This document shows, in pieces, positions 49,247 to 59,940 of a stretch of 64,000 nt of DNA. The notes beneath the pieces were generated by a model. The model worked only from the letters and a program-made list of their open reading frames with translations, was not told the DNA's origin and did not search any database. This DNA is from an uncultured virus (IMG/VR IMGVR_UViG_3300033994_001671) (taxonomy: Duplodnaviria > Heunggongvirae > Uroviricota > Caudoviricetes). Location: positions 1 through 64,000 of IMG/VR virus record IMGVR_UViG_3300033994_001671; one strand, written 5' to 3'. How positions within the stretch are numbered: position 1 is the stretch's first letter; each line of letters starts with the position of its first letter. The position numbers were made by a program, and so were the translations under genes.

Positions 49247-51277
49247 ATGGCTTTAGGATTTCAAAATTGTTGTGACATTGAGGACTATTTTTATGTAAAT
49301 GGTATTCCTGGTTCTGTTTCAGAATATGAGATATATTATATTGAAACAACACAAGGTGATACGTTATGTGGAACATATGTTGAATTACCTGAATTATTTT
49401 ATGAACCTTTGGTTTATGATTTAGTTGGAATGACTGGACAAACAAGTTGTACTACTTGTAAATTATTAAATCCTTGTCCTACAGGTATTACTATTGATTT
49501 TAGTAGTCAGAGTACAGGTATTTTTACAACAGTAAATGAATGTACTATTAAAACAATTTTTCCATTCTATGTTGAATGTGATAGTGTGTTCCCAACATTA
49601 GATGAGTCAACAACTGGTTCAGTTAGTTTATTTGTCACGGGTGGTACACCACCATATAGTTTTTACAGTGCGGGAACTGAAACTCAAATTGGTCAAGCTA
49701 TAGAACCAACAAATAATACTTATTTGTTGTATACTGACGTTATACCTGGTACATATTCAACAACTGTTGTTGACTATTATGGTGATAATGTACAAGATAT
49801 TGACTGTGTTATTCCTGAACTACCTGATTATATTTATGCTGAGTGTCAGGTTACAAATCCAACTATTAATGGATTTAATGATGGTAGTTTAACATTGTAT
49901 GTAACAGGTGGAACACCACCATATAATTACTATTATTCAGGTTCTTCAATAACATTACCACTTACTAATTTAAGTGCTGGGACGTACAACATTACAGTTG
50001 TTGATAGTGGAGTTGGAATTTATTCACAAACTGCAACAACATCTTGTTTAGTTGAAAATCCTGCTGAAATAATTTATCCTAATAAATTATGTATGAATTT
50101 TGATTATTGTGGTGTTGAATTTTATTTAAATTTTACAAGTGCGTCAACCTACAATTTAAGACCGTTATATACTCTTGATAATCCTTCTGAGATTTCTGTC
50201 ACAGGAATGAGTTTATTTTGGAATACAAGTTGGGTAAGTTCAGTTGAAAATCACAATTCACCATTACCAATACCAACACAATGTCAACAAGAACAAACTT
50301 GTTCATTTACTATTCAAAATCCTTTTGCAATTAAACCACAAGACAGTGGTTGGTACGGTTCAGGTACATTTACACCTGGACCAAGTATATCATCAATTAT
50401 TGTAACTTCAGGTGTTTGTTCGGCGATAACACCAACATTAACAGTACAAGTTGAAAATTATTGTGATAATTCAACACAGTGTCAAGGAGGTGTAACTTTA
50501 ATACCTAGCTCATCATTTGGTGGGCCATACACGTATTTTGTTGATGATGTTGAACAAAACTCACCTGTATTTTTTGGATTATGTAGTGGAGGTCACACGG
50601 CACAAGTAATAGATGGCGATGGTAATTTAAGTGATATTGTTTCATTTAATATTACATCAACAACACCCTCAACTATTGGTTATTCAAATTGTGTATTTTC
50701 TGCTGGAGATATTGTTAATTTAAATTCAGGTGGTAATAAAAAATGGAATTTTAAAACTGTAATATCTAATATACCGTCATCATGTCAACTAATTGGTAAA
50801 GTTAGAATAACTTATCAATATCTTTTCTCAGGTGTGACGGCAAATATTGGAATATCTCCAATATTACCATCGGGTACTTGGAATTTAATTATTAACCAAT
50901 TAACAACACAACCTGCGGTTGGTAATTGTCCGGCATATGTTATTTATACTCAAGTTTACGAGTCAACAAATTATACTATAAATGTGTTTTCATCTACAAT
51001 ACAAATAAATAATTGTGGGTTCAGTTGGTTTTTTAATAATCCAGTAGGATTATGTACTAATAAAGATGTACGAGGTATTGTGACAGTTCAAATGTATTCA
51101 ATCACTCCTAGTGGAGCTCAGTGTTGTATAACTATACCTCCGACTTATACTATTGGAACGTCTACTGTCCATATTAGATATAATAAAACAACACCGCCAT
51201 CTGAAATTACATTAACTAATACAAGTCTTCTATGTAATCCAAGTACACCTTCACCACCGGCAGAAAACATACAATAA
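49247..51277 (+). CDS. Cys-rich virion protein with SprB-like repeats
   Basis: VTGGTPPY twice, NLSAGTYNITVVDS; N-terminal CC...CxxC...NPC domain shared with 54173 gene. Confidence 0.7.
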   Translation: MALGFQNCCDIEDYFYVNGIPGSVSEYEIYYIETTQGDTLCGTYVELPELFYEPLVYDLVGMTGQTSCTTCKLLNPCPTGITIDFSSQSTGIFTTVNECTIKTIFPFYVECDSVFPTLDESTTGSVSLFVTGGTPPYSFYSAGTETQIGQAIEPTNNTYLLYTDVIPGTYSTTVVDYYGDNVQDIDCVIPELPDYIYAECQVTNPTINGFNDGSLTLYVTGGTPPYNYYYSGSSITLPLTNLSAGTYNITVVDSGVGIYSQTATTSCLVENPAEIIYPNKLCMNFDYCGVEFYLNFTSASTYNLRPLYTLDNPSEISVTGMSLFWNTSWVSSVENHNSPLPIPTQCQQEQTCSFTIQNPFAIKPQDSGWYGSGTFTPGPSISSIIVTSGVCSAITPTLTVQVENYCDNSTQCQGGVTLIPSSSFGGPYTYFVDDVEQNSPVFFGLCSGGHTAQVIDGDGNLSDIVSFNITSTTPSTIGYSNCVFSAGDIVNLNSGGNKKWNFKTVISNIPSSCQLIGKVRITYQYLFSGVTANIGISPILPSGTWNLIINQLTTQPAVGNCPAYVIYTQVYESTNYTINVFSSTIQINNCGFSWFFNNPVGLCTNKDVRGIVTVQMYSITPSGAQCCITIPPTYTIGTSTVHIRYNKTTPPSEITLTNTSLLCNPSTPSPPAENIQ

Positions 51278-51303
51278 AAATGAAACGAAGATAATTATAA
51301 ACA

Positions 51304-53475
51304 ATGGGATATATTATAAAAGAAAATCAAGGATTATTAATTACAAGATTAACGGACACTGGACGTAAAAAAATATCTGAAGGTAATTTTAATGTTTCTT
51401 ATTTTCAAATTGGAGACAGTGAGGTTAATTATACCTCAATTGCAAATTACGATATATCTAGTTTTCAAATACTTGAACCATCATATAACGCTCAAAATTC
51501 AACAGGAGTTCCTAACTCAACTAAAAATAATGTTAAATATCCTTTTTATTTACAAGGCTCTTCAGGGTTAACTTATGGTATTCCATTTATGGCATCTTCG
51601 GATGAGTCAGTATTTAATACTGCGTCACCTAACGGTTTCTTTGTAACCGCGAGTACTGCATCTACTTGTTTTAGTCCTTATCATACAAGTGCATACACTT
51701 ACAACTCACAATATGTTGTTAATTTATCAGGATTAACTGGTAACACTTCAGTTTTAACACTTATTTCCAATCCTTGTCCTGATTCTGTATCAGCGACAAC
51801 TATTTCTGCGGGAACTCTTGTAACTATTTTTATGAGTGGTGGAAGTTCATGTGGATGTATCGATTCTTGTTATCCTGTATTAACTTACCAAGTTCAGAGT
51901 TGGAATTCAGGAACAACACAACTTGTTGTTGATAGACTATTACCTAATTTATCAGGTAATACTGGTCAAGCTAGATTATTTTTCTACCCATCAGGTATGA
52001 CAGGTTATGATTTACCGACACCTATGAACTATTGGAGTGATAGTGTTATTAATTATGAATCAGTTTGTACACCTGAAGATGGGTTAGTTAAAATTTGGAA
52101 TATGAATATTCCGTGGTCTGAAAGTCCTGCGGGATTAATTTCGACATTATATAGTCAATATGGTGAATTTGGTTCCAAAGATTATATCAGTACAAAAGAA
52201 TACTACGGATATATGTCGTCAAGTGGACAAACAGATACATCAGGTGTTACATATTATAATTCATACGGTGAACAAATATTAGTGACCCCTGAAGAACAAA
52301 AAGCAATTTCAATTGTTCACTACACAAACAATACAATAATTAATTTTTATGGTGAAAAATTTGCTTGTGAAGCATATGACACAACAAATCCTGGTGATAC
52401 AGGACAAGCAAGAAATTTTACAATTAACCTGCCTTGGTTAATGTGGCATAAAAATCCAATTAGTTGTTGTAGTGGTGAAACATTTTGGATTGACCCACCT
52501 GGATTTAATGGGTACGATTTATTAACACCATACTATATTCAATCAAATGAAAATCTTGATATGAATAATCCGGGTATTAGATATTTTCATTTATATGATA
52601 CTCACCCAAATCCTGATGGACGACCAAGTAGGGTTGGTAAAGTATTTCCTGATGATAAGGTAATTGTTTTTGATGATGAGGAAATTATTGCCGCAATGAC
52701 TTATGTTGCTAATAGAAACTATACACTACCTGCCCCAAAACTTGGATATAGTGCACCTGGACTTTGTAACGATACATCAACTGATGGATTACTTGATAAT
52801 GATAACCAATGTGTGTGGGTAACTTATGGTTTTGATGGGCCTTGGACTGGAATGCATTGTAATTATTATCAGAAAATAATTGGCCCTGTAACAGGTTGTA
52901 GTTTAACTGAACAAAACGTAACAGTTAAATTCGGAAATGAATTTAAATGTATGAAAACAGGTACTACACAAGGATTTTCAGCGACTGACTTTTACATTTT
53001 AGCACAAACAGGAACAACATCACAGAATAGACCTAATCCAAATAATTGGGTTAGAATGAATTATTCTACCGCATTATCAGGTGGTTATATTAATCCATCA
53101 GGTCTTACGGCAACAACATTTACAATTACACCTACAACTTATGCTAATGGAACAACATATAATTTAGGTAATCAATTAGAGTTACCAACTATTAGTAGTA
53201 GTTCATCAACATTATATTTTGGTGATGAATATTTCTTCTACGGGAATGTTAATACTGATATTCAGGCAACAATTTACGAAATGAGATATCTTATAAATTT
53301 ACCTAACGCACAATTTGTAAATTCATCAAATCCTACTTGGACACAAGGTATAACTCCTTATATGTCTGAAATAGGATTATATGACGCTAATAAAAACTTA
53401 CTTGTATTATCTAAATTCCAATCACCTCAAGTTAGACAAGGTATACAACAAGCGGTTGTTAAGTTAGATTTCTAA
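51304..53475 (+). CDS. Putative baseplate/tail-fibre attachment protein
   Basis: N-terminal LTDTGRKKI..YFQIGDSE and C-terminal SEIGLYD...LL resemble the P2 gpH-type tail-collar domain, split by a large insert. Confidence 0.55.
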   Translation: MGYIIKENQGLLITRLTDTGRKKISEGNFNVSYFQIGDSEVNYTSIANYDISSFQILEPSYNAQNSTGVPNSTKNNVKYPFYLQGSSGLTYGIPFMASSDESVFNTASPNGFFVTASTASTCFSPYHTSAYTYNSQYVVNLSGLTGNTSVLTLISNPCPDSVSATTISAGTLVTIFMSGGSSCGCIDSCYPVLTYQVQSWNSGTTQLVVDRLLPNLSGNTGQARLFFYPSGMTGYDLPTPMNYWSDSVINYESVCTPEDGLVKIWNMNIPWSESPAGLISTLYSQYGEFGSKDYISTKEYYGYMSSSGQTDTSGVTYYNSYGEQILVTPEEQKAISIVHYTNNTIINFYGEKFACEAYDTTNPGDTGQARNFTINLPWLMWHKNPISCCSGETFWIDPPGFNGYDLLTPYYIQSNENLDMNNPGIRYFHLYDTHPNPDGRPSRVGKVFPDDKVIVFDDEEIIAAMTYVANRNYTLPAPKLGYSAPGLCNDTSTDGLLDNDNQCVWVTYGFDGPWTGMHCNYYQKIIGPVTGCSLTEQNVTVKFGNEFKCMKTGTTQGFSATDFYILAQTGTTSQNRPNPNNWVRMNYSTALSGGYINPSGLTATTFTITPTTYANGTTYNLGNQLELPTISSSSSTLYFGDEYFFYGNVNTDIQATIYEMRYLINLPNAQFVNSSNPTWTQGITPYMSEIGLYDANKNLLVLSKFQSPQVRQGIQQAVVKLDF

Positions 53476-53531
53476 ATTATTTACAATTAAGTTAATTAAT
53501 TTAATATTATGACTAATAACTAATATTAGAT

Positions 53532-54125
53532 ATGGCAAAAAGTATTAAAAATTCACCTAAAATTTTGGGTTTAGACGTTTCAACCAAAACAATTGGTGTA
53601 GCATTGTTTGATTTATCTTCAAGGGATTTATTGGAATTAACTCATGTTTCACCACAACCAAAACCAACACCTGAAACCAAGATTGAGGAAATGTTATTAA
53701 AATCTGCAACATTCAGAAAGAAATTGGAGGAATACAAAGGAGTTGGTGTCGTTAGATGTGTAATTGAAGAACCTTTGTTGAATAGTAATAATGCTTATAC
53801 TATCGGAACACTATTGAGATATAATACATTGATTACTAAAGAAGTTTATGATGTGTTGGGTATTGTTCCTGAATATGTTTCAACATATAACTCAAGAAAA
53901 GAAGCGTGGCCTGAATTGGTAAAGAAAAACGAGAAAGGTAAATATGTTTTGTTTGGAGGTTATCCTAAAGATTGTGATAAAAAGATGATTATATGGGAAC
54001 TTGTTGCTAAAAGAGAACCTCAAATTAATTGGTTGTATACAAGAAACAATACATTAAAGAAAGAAAACTTTGATATGACAGATGCTTATACTGTTGTATT
54101 AAGTTATCTAAATGCTAAAAAATAA
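53532..54125 (+). CDS. ruvC: RuvC-like Holliday junction resolvase
   Basis: ILGLDVSTKTIGVA, VIEEP, DMTDA acidic catalytic pattern. Confidence 0.75.
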   Translation: MAKSIKNSPKILGLDVSTKTIGVALFDLSSRDLLELTHVSPQPKPTPETKIEEMLLKSATFRKKLEEYKGVGVVRCVIEEPLLNSNNAYTIGTLLRYNTLITKEVYDVLGIVPEYVSTYNSRKEAWPELVKKNEKGKYVLFGGYPKDCDKKMIIWELVAKREPQINWLYTRNNTLKKENFDMTDAYTVVLSYLNAKK

Positions 54126-54147
54126 TAAGATTTTTATTTTAAAATTT

Positions 54148-54171
54148 AAGGTGTCGTTTGACACCTTTTTT
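54148..54171 (+). terminator. Intrinsic terminator between convergent genes
   Basis: AAGGTGTC-gttt-GACACCTT hairpin plus T run. Confidence 0.75.
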
Positions 54172-54172
54172 G

Positions 54173-56647
54173 TTATGTACATAATACCACTACACTACCT
54201 GATATACCATTACTTGCATAAACTTTAGTAGTTGTGGTATCATAATCAATACCTGATGCTCCACCACCAATACTACTTATTGTTTTAACAACTGTATTAG
54301 TTGTTGTGTTAATTACACTTATAGTAGAATCAAATGAATTTGTAACATATAATCTATTAGACGAATCTATTGTCATATCATATGGAGCACTACCCACTGA
54401 AATTGTTGAACCTGTTGATAATGTTATTGTGTTAACAGGGACAATTAAATCACTATTTTGAAGTGCTACGTACACTGTATTATTTGATATATTGACTTTA
54501 CATGTTCTTGGATATAACGAACCTGGTAAACCAACAAACGAAACTGTTGAAATTACAGTATTTGTGAATACATCAATAACTGACATAGTGTTGTCGTTAG
54601 CATTTGGTACAAATACTCGACCTAATGTTGGGTCAAATGATGGGTTAATTGGAGCATTACCAACAGATATTGTTGATGTTATTGTGTTAGTTAAAGTGTT
54701 AATTACGCTAACATTTGCAGTATTAAAGTTTGTCACATACATTTGATTATTAATAGAATCAAAACATATTCCTACTGGACCACCCGCACCAATAATTGTT
54801 GTTATTGGTGAATTTGTGTCACCATCTAATACGACAATAGTTGATGAATTATAATATGTGATATAAATATTGTTATTCAAAGTATCTAGAGCCATTCCTT
54901 GAGGACCAATTTGTCCTGTTGAAATACTCAAATATGATGTATTATTTGTTTTGTCAATAACTTCAATATTGTTGAAAGGTGTGCTTGAAACATATGCGTA
55001 ATCTGTTGATGGGTTTGATAACATATTATATAATGTGAAACCAGGTGTTATTGAAATTGTTGTTGTAACAAATGGACAATAAGGTGTTGTTGTTGGTGTC
55101 GGAGTAGGTGTTGGAGTAGGCGTTGCAGTTGTAACTGGGATACAAAATTCACAATCAAATAAATTACCACTCTCAATAGATTGGAGTGTGTTAGTAGGTG
55201 AACCTAAAATATCTGAATTGTAAGTTACACAAACAGATTTAAAGTCAATCACAGCACTAAATGTTGAACCTGTGTTAAACGGTATTATTTCACCAACAAT
55301 ATATTTTTCGGGTGAGTTACAATCCAAAAGTAATTTTGAATATAAACTTGTAAATTTAGATGAGAATGTATCATAAGATACTGAACCACTTACAACAACA
55401 CTTTTAACAGCATTTGTTGGAGTAACACTTGGTGTTGGTGAAGGACCTGGATAACTGTAATTAACACCACTAAACGATAATGATTTACCGTTACACAATG
55501 GTGTAGGTGTTGGGGTAGTTGTTGGTGTTAATGTCGGTGTTATACTAGGTGTTGGTGTTGGAGTTGCTCCTGAAGTAATATTACAATCAAATACTGCTGT
55601 AAAATCAAAAGTATTACATGCGTCAGTGTTTGATGGTGTTGGTGTAGGACATGAAGACCCAAAATATGTTACGTCTAAATCAGGACAAACAGTATTACTT
55701 CCTGTTGGACCAAATAATTTACACTCACCATTTACACAAGTTGATAAACACCACTTTGTTTCACCAGTGTTGTAATATATGTAATAAGGATTAGTTACGT
55801 CTGGCTTATAAAAAACATTTCTTCCTCCAAATACTCCATAGTTGTAATAAGTTCCATCATAATTTGTATAACCGTCTAAATTTGTGAATACACAATAACT
55901 TGATTGAGGACATGCGGTATAAGTTGGCGTTGCCGTTGGTGTTGTTGAAGGTGTTTGTGAAATACTTGGTGTTGGCGTATTACAAAATGTTGGTAGTGGG
56001 GTCTTTGTAATTGTTGGAGTTGGAGTTGTGGTTGGTGTTATTGATAATGTAGGGGTTGGAGTTGATGTTGTTGTCGGTGATGGTGTAATAGTTGGTGTAA
56101 TACTTGGAGTAGGTGTAACCGTTCTTGTTGGAGTATGTGTTGGAGTAATACTTGGAGTTGGAGTATTTGTTGAGGTAACGGTAACTGTTGGTGTTATGGT
56201 TGGAGTAATACTTGGTGTTGGTGTTATGGTTGGTGTAACACTTGATGTTGGTGTTTGAGTTTGTGTTTTTGTTGGAGTATTTGTTGGTGTTTTTGTTGGA
56301 GTGGTACTTGGTGTAACAGTTTTTGTTGGAGTGTTTGTTGGTGTTTTTGTTGGAGTAGCACTTGGTGCAGGTGTTGAAGTAGGTGTTGGTGTTGGGCCAG
56401 GAACACAAGGGTTCACGGTTGTACATGCGGTACAAGATGAATATGATGTTAAATTTATTGTTAATATGTTATAGATTGGAGTACCTGTAACAAATCCTGT
56501 TGTTAAATGTTGAGAACAACCTGAATAAAAATCAGTCTCCAAATAATAAGAGTTTCCGACAGTAAATGTTCCTGCAGAGTAAGTTGATTGAATTTGAAAC
56601 GTAGTTCCACTACAACAACCTGAAAATGAATACCAACTTAAAGCCAA
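54173..56647 (-). CDS. Mucin-like Thr-Pro-rich protein with C-terminal YVTN/YncE-type beta-propeller
   Basis: Long TPTPT tracts, Cys-rich modules, repeats such as [36 protein letters not shown]. Confidence 0.8.
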   Translation of the reverse strand: MALSWYSFSGCCSGTTFQIQSTYSAGTFTVGNSYYLETDFYSGCSQHLTTGFVTGTPIYNILTINLTSYSSCTACTTVNPCVPGPTPTPTSTPAPSATPTKTPTNTPTKTVTPSTTPTKTPTNTPTKTQTQTPTSSVTPTITPTPSITPTITPTVTVTSTNTPTPSITPTHTPTRTVTPTPSITPTITPSPTTTSTPTPTLSITPTTTPTPTITKTPLPTFCNTPTPSISQTPSTTPTATPTYTACPQSSYCVFTNLDGYTNYDGTYYNYGVFGGRNVFYKPDVTNPYYIYYNTGETKWCLSTCVNGECKLFGPTGSNTVCPDLDVTYFGSSCPTPTPSNTDACNTFDFTAVFDCNITSGATPTPTPSITPTLTPTTTPTPTPLCNGKSLSFSGVNYSYPGPSPTPSVTPTNAVKSVVVSGSVSYDTFSSKFTSLYSKLLLDCNSPEKYIVGEIIPFNTGSTFSAVIDFKSVCVTYNSDILGSPTNTLQSIESGNLFDCEFCIPVTTATPTPTPTPTPTTTPYCPFVTTTISITPGFTLYNMLSNPSTDYAYVSSTPFNNIEVIDKTNNTSYLSISTGQIGPQGMALDTLNNNIYITYYNSSTIVVLDGDTNSPITTIIGAGGPVGICFDSINNQMYVTNFNTANVSVINTLTNTITSTISVGNAPINPSFDPTLGRVFVPNANDNTMSVIDVFTNTVISTVSFVGLPGSLYPRTCKVNISNNTVYVALQNSDLIVPVNTITLSTGSTISVGSAPYDMTIDSSNRLYVTNSFDSTISVINTTTNTVVKTISSIGGGASGIDYDTTTTKVYASNGISGSVVVLCT

Positions 56648-56651
56648 TTTT

Positions 56652-56873
56652 TTATATACTTGTGCAACCTGTTATTATGCAACCATTTGCATCTACAACC
56701 TTCATACAATAGTGTGAAAACATTTCTATTGGAGAAGGTACTGTAAAATTATATGGTAAACTACCACTTCCAATACTTGTAATATAATAACATGGACTAC
56801 CACCTGAAAGACATATATAAACGTCAAACGGAGTGGAACCTGTAATATTATTAACCGTAATTGTTGTTGGCAT
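56652..56873 (-). CDS. 73-aa Cys-containing single-domain protein
   Basis: Paralog of 48979 gene ([10 protein letters not shown]...KVVDANGC); TATTTAT upstream on the minus strand. Confidence 0.75.
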   Translation of the reverse strand: MPTTITVNNITGSTPFDVYICLSGGSPCYYITSIGSGSLPYNFTVPSPIEMFSHYCMKVVDANGCIITGCTSI

Positions 56874-56911
56874 ATGATATAAATATAAAAGGGATTAAAA
56901 CTTTGTGAAGT

Positions 56912-56940
56912 TTGACAACAATAAGTTTTTATCTTATTAT
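56912..56940 (+). promoter_or_regulatory. Sigma70-type promoter for primase operon
   Basis: TTGACA-N17-TATTAT ending just before ATG 56948. Confidence 0.55.
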
Positions 56941-56947
56941 TAAGGTA

Positions 56948-57844
56948 ATGGACGAAGACGAAATTTTACTTGAAATTATTAGGGACTTATTTGGTAAAGA
57001 GAAACATTATTATGCTTCCAAAGGTCAGATTTCAATAAATTGTCCGTATTGTGATGAGGGTAGAAACAAAGGTAACCTTGAAATTAATATCAACGAACAC
57101 GTATATAAATGCTGGTCGTGTTCAGACTCAAATGGAACACACGGAGTTTTAGGTAAGTTAATTGATATTTTTGGAACCAAAAACCAAAAGAAAACTTACG
57201 ATATATTTAAACCCGAAGAACATAAGTCAAAACATGTTGAACTAAAAAAGTTAAAACTTCCCAAAGAATTTATTTCAATTAAAGATGCTAATCCCCTTCA
57301 TATACCACACAGAGAAGTTTTAAAATATATTAAAACACGTGGTATTACTGATGAGATGATTGATAAGTTTAATATTGGATTTGCAACCGATGGTGACTAC
57401 GGAGGTAGGATTATTATACCTTCATATGGTATGGACGATGAGATTAACTACTTCATATCAAGGGCGTGGTTTAAAACGAAGAACAAGTATAAAAATCCTG
57501 AATACCCAAAGGAAACAATTATATTCAACGAGAAGTTGATTGATTGGGAAAAACCAATTTACCTATGTGAGGGTGCTATTGACGGGTTCTTTACACCCAA
57601 TCCAGTTGTTCTACTTGGGAAGGTATTACATGAATTATTGTTTGAAACGATATATACCAAGGCTAAGTCAGATGTTATTATATGTTTGGATGCTGATGCT
57701 TGGAAAGATGCTCAAAAACTTTACAACCAACTAAATGGTGGGAAGTTAAGGGGACGAGTGAAGATTCTAAAATTACCAAAAGACTCTGATATTGCAGATT
57801 TGAAAGGTAAGATAGATGATTATTTTTATGAAATGAGTTATTAA
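56948..57844 (+). CDS. DNA primase (Zn finger + TOPRIM)
   Basis: CPYC..CWSC zinc finger, YIKTRGI, RIIIP, KYKNP, CEGAID, CLDADA; start placed at ATG 56948. Confidence 0.85.
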   Translation: MDEDEILLEIIRDLFGKEKHYYASKGQISINCPYCDEGRNKGNLEININEHVYKCWSCSDSNGTHGVLGKLIDIFGTKNQKKTYDIFKPEEHKSKHVELKKLKLPKEFISIKDANPLHIPHREVLKYIKTRGITDEMIDKFNIGFATDGDYGGRIIIPSYGMDDEINYFISRAWFKTKNKYKNPEYPKETIIFNEKLIDWEKPIYLCEGAIDGFFTPNPVVLLGKVLHELLFETIYTKAKSDVIICLDADAWKDAQKLYNQLNGGKLRGRVKILKLPKDSDIADLKGKIDDYFYEMSY

Positions 57845-57845
57845 A

Positions 57846-58700
57846 ATGGAATTAAAAGAAATTGCTTTAGAATTACGAGAAATTTTAGAGAACAAAAGAC
57901 AAGAGTTGGAGTTAACCTTTATTGAGGATACCCACACGTATTTTATGAAAGATGTGGATGGTGTTGTTAAAAACAATTTCCCATCAGTATCAAAGGTGTT
58001 GAAGAAGTTTTACCCTGAGTTTCCAACTGACGAAGCTGCTGAAAGGAAATCAAAAGGAAACCCTGTAATTAAACAATCACTGATTGAAGAATGGGCAGCC
58101 GCTGGTGATTATTCTACCAATATGGGTAGTAGGGTTCACTTCTTTTTGGAGAAGAAGTTGATTGAAAGTAGTGGAAGTTATAAAGAAGTCCGTCAACCAA
58201 TTTTTGATTGTGATGTTACACAGATTCTAAAGGGTGATAGTATGATTACCGCTGGTTCCAAATTTCTAAAACTAATGAAGGAACGTGAAGTTGTTTTGTT
58301 GGATACAGAGATTGTTTTGGGTCATCCTGAATTAGGATATACGGGACAACCCGATAAGGTGTGGTTGGTGATAAACAAGAAGAAAGATGGGTTTGGGTTA
58401 TTAATAACTGACTGGAAGACAAACAAACCTAAAAACTTTGAAAGTAATAGTTTTACAAAACCTATGTATAAACCATTCCAAAACCTACCAAATACCGCTC
58501 TTGGACACTACTATGTTCAACTACCTTTATACGGTAAGTTAATCTTAAAAATGTTGGAAGGAACAAAATACGAAAACATGAAATTATATGGATGTATTGT
58601 CGTATTATTGCAAGAGGATTCAGAGTTCAAAGAGTTCAGAGTACCACAAGATGTGATAGATACTGTGATGACTATGAATGTAAAAGACTATCTGAATTGA
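57846..58700 (+). CDS. PD-(D/E)XK family exonuclease
   Basis: PSVSKVL, GSRVH, E...GQPD...DWKT, YYVQLPLY. Confidence 0.8.
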   Translation: MELKEIALELREILENKRQELELTFIEDTHTYFMKDVDGVVKNNFPSVSKVLKKFYPEFPTDEAAERKSKGNPVIKQSLIEEWAAAGDYSTNMGSRVHFFLEKKLIESSGSYKEVRQPIFDCDVTQILKGDSMITAGSKFLKLMKEREVVLLDTEIVLGHPELGYTGQPDKVWLVINKKKDGFGLLITDWKTNKPKNFESNSFTKPMYKPFQNLPNTALGHYYVQLPLYGKLILKMLEGTKYENMKLYGCIVVLLQEDSEFKEFRVPQDVIDTVMTMNVKDYLN

Positions 58701-58727
58701 CAACAAACAAAAAAAATACTATATTTG
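58697..58727 (+). promoter_or_regulatory. Putative promoter (TTGACA-N17-TATATT, also containing TAnnTTTG)
   Basis: TTGACA at 58697, TATATTTG at 58720-58727, ATG at 58732. Confidence 0.55.
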
Positions 58728-58731
58728 AACT

Positions 58732-58929
58732 ATGATAAAACTAACATTTAACACAACAGACAAAACAGTAAGCGTTGATTTAGGTCAACTTCATTTTGAG
58801 GATTACTTAAACGTATCAACAGTACAGGTGAGAGAAGGTTACTACGAAGTAATGACTAAAACTGATGAGAAATCTAAACCAGTACTTAGAGTACCGATTA
58901 GTAATACAATAATGTTTATACAAGAATAA
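58732..58929 (+). CDS. Hypothetical protein (65 aa)
   Basis: ORF directly after a promoter motif. Confidence 0.65.
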   Translation: MIKLTFNTTDKTVSVDLGQLHFEDYLNVSTVQVREGYYEVMTKTDEKSKPVLRVPISNTIMFIQE

Positions 58930-58930
58930 T

Positions 58931-59164
58931 ATGCAATTAGAAAAACCAAAAATTAATTTAAGAGACATGGACTTCATTGTCTGTGACAAATGTGAACATA
59001 ACGAGTTCAAAGAAATTACGTATCTAAAACGAGTACCAAAGTTATTAACTGGTTCACCTGACGATACCGTTGTTCCATTCCCAACATACGCTTGTTTGGC
59101 TTGTGGACATGTGAATGAAGAGTTAAACCCATTTCATACTGAATCTCCGAAATTAGAACTATGA
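58931..59164 (+). CDS. Small zinc-ribbon protein
   Basis: CDKC...CLAC. Confidence 0.7.
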   Translation: MQLEKPKINLRDMDFIVCDKCEHNEFKEITYLKRVPKLLTGSPDDTVVPFPTYACLACGHVNEELNPFHTESPKLEL

Positions 59165-59940
59165 TAAAAAAGTTAGTTCATTTTTCTGATTTACACATTA
59201 GGTTGTTTAAAGACCACCAGTTATATAAAACAATATTGGAGGATGCATTTAAACAATGGAAAGATATTGCACCTGATAGAATTGTATTTACGGGGGATTT
59301 GGTTCACTCAAAGAATCAGATGACACCTGAACTTGTTGAGTTTATCGCTTGGGTATTGACAGAGTGTTCAAAGATTGCTAAGACGGTATTAATACCTGGT
59401 AATCACGACTTCCTTGAAAATAACATGGAACGATTGGATGCTCTAACACCTGTGGTTGATTCACTTAAAAATGACATGGTAGTTTACTACAAGAACAGGG
59501 GTGTGTATCAGGATGAAAATATTGATTGGTGTGTGTATTCACTTATGGACCATAACATCCCACCTACGATTGAAAAATCTGATAGAGTTAAAATTGGATT
59601 ATTTCACGGACCAGTTCAGGGACTTACAACCAACTTAGGATTTAAGTTTGAAGATGGGTTTGAAACATCAAAGTTTGATGGATGTGATTTGGTACTATGT
59701 GGTGATATTCATAAGAGACAAATCTTTGATATACCGGGTGGTAAGAAGGCTTACATGATTGGTTCAACCGTTGGACAGAACTATGGTGAAACGGTAACCA
59801 AACACGGATATGGAATTTATGATGTGGAAAAGGATGAGTATACGACAGTGGATTTATTCAACCCAAAACCTTTCATATCATTTAGAATAAACTCATACGA
59901 AGATATTGAAAATGGAACAGAAAAATTCGTTAACTATTGA
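59161..59940 (+). CDS. sbcD: Mre11/SbcD/gp47-like metallophosphoesterase nuclease
   Basis: SDLH, GD, GNHD, FHG, GDIH motifs; near the SbcC-like gene. Confidence 0.85.
   Translation: MIKKLVHFSDLHIRLFKDHQLYKTILEDAFKQWKDIAPDRIVFTGDLVHSKNQMTPELVEFIAWVLTECSKIAKTVLIPGNHDFLENNMERLDALTPVVDSLKNDMVVYYKNRGVYQDENIDWCVYSLMDHNIPPTIEKSDRVKIGLFHGPVQGLTTNLGFKFEDGFETSKFDGCDLVLCGDIHKRQIFDIPGGKKAYMIGSTVGQNYGETVTKHGYGIYDVEKDEYTTVDLFNPKPFISFRINSYEDIENGTEKFVNY

Noticed and set aside
54126..56947. Invertible or mobile cassette explaining the minus-strand genes
   Set aside because: No flanking inverted repeats, recombinase or transposase seen; the shared gtttgaca 8-mer (54156, 56910) is explained by a terminator and a -35 box
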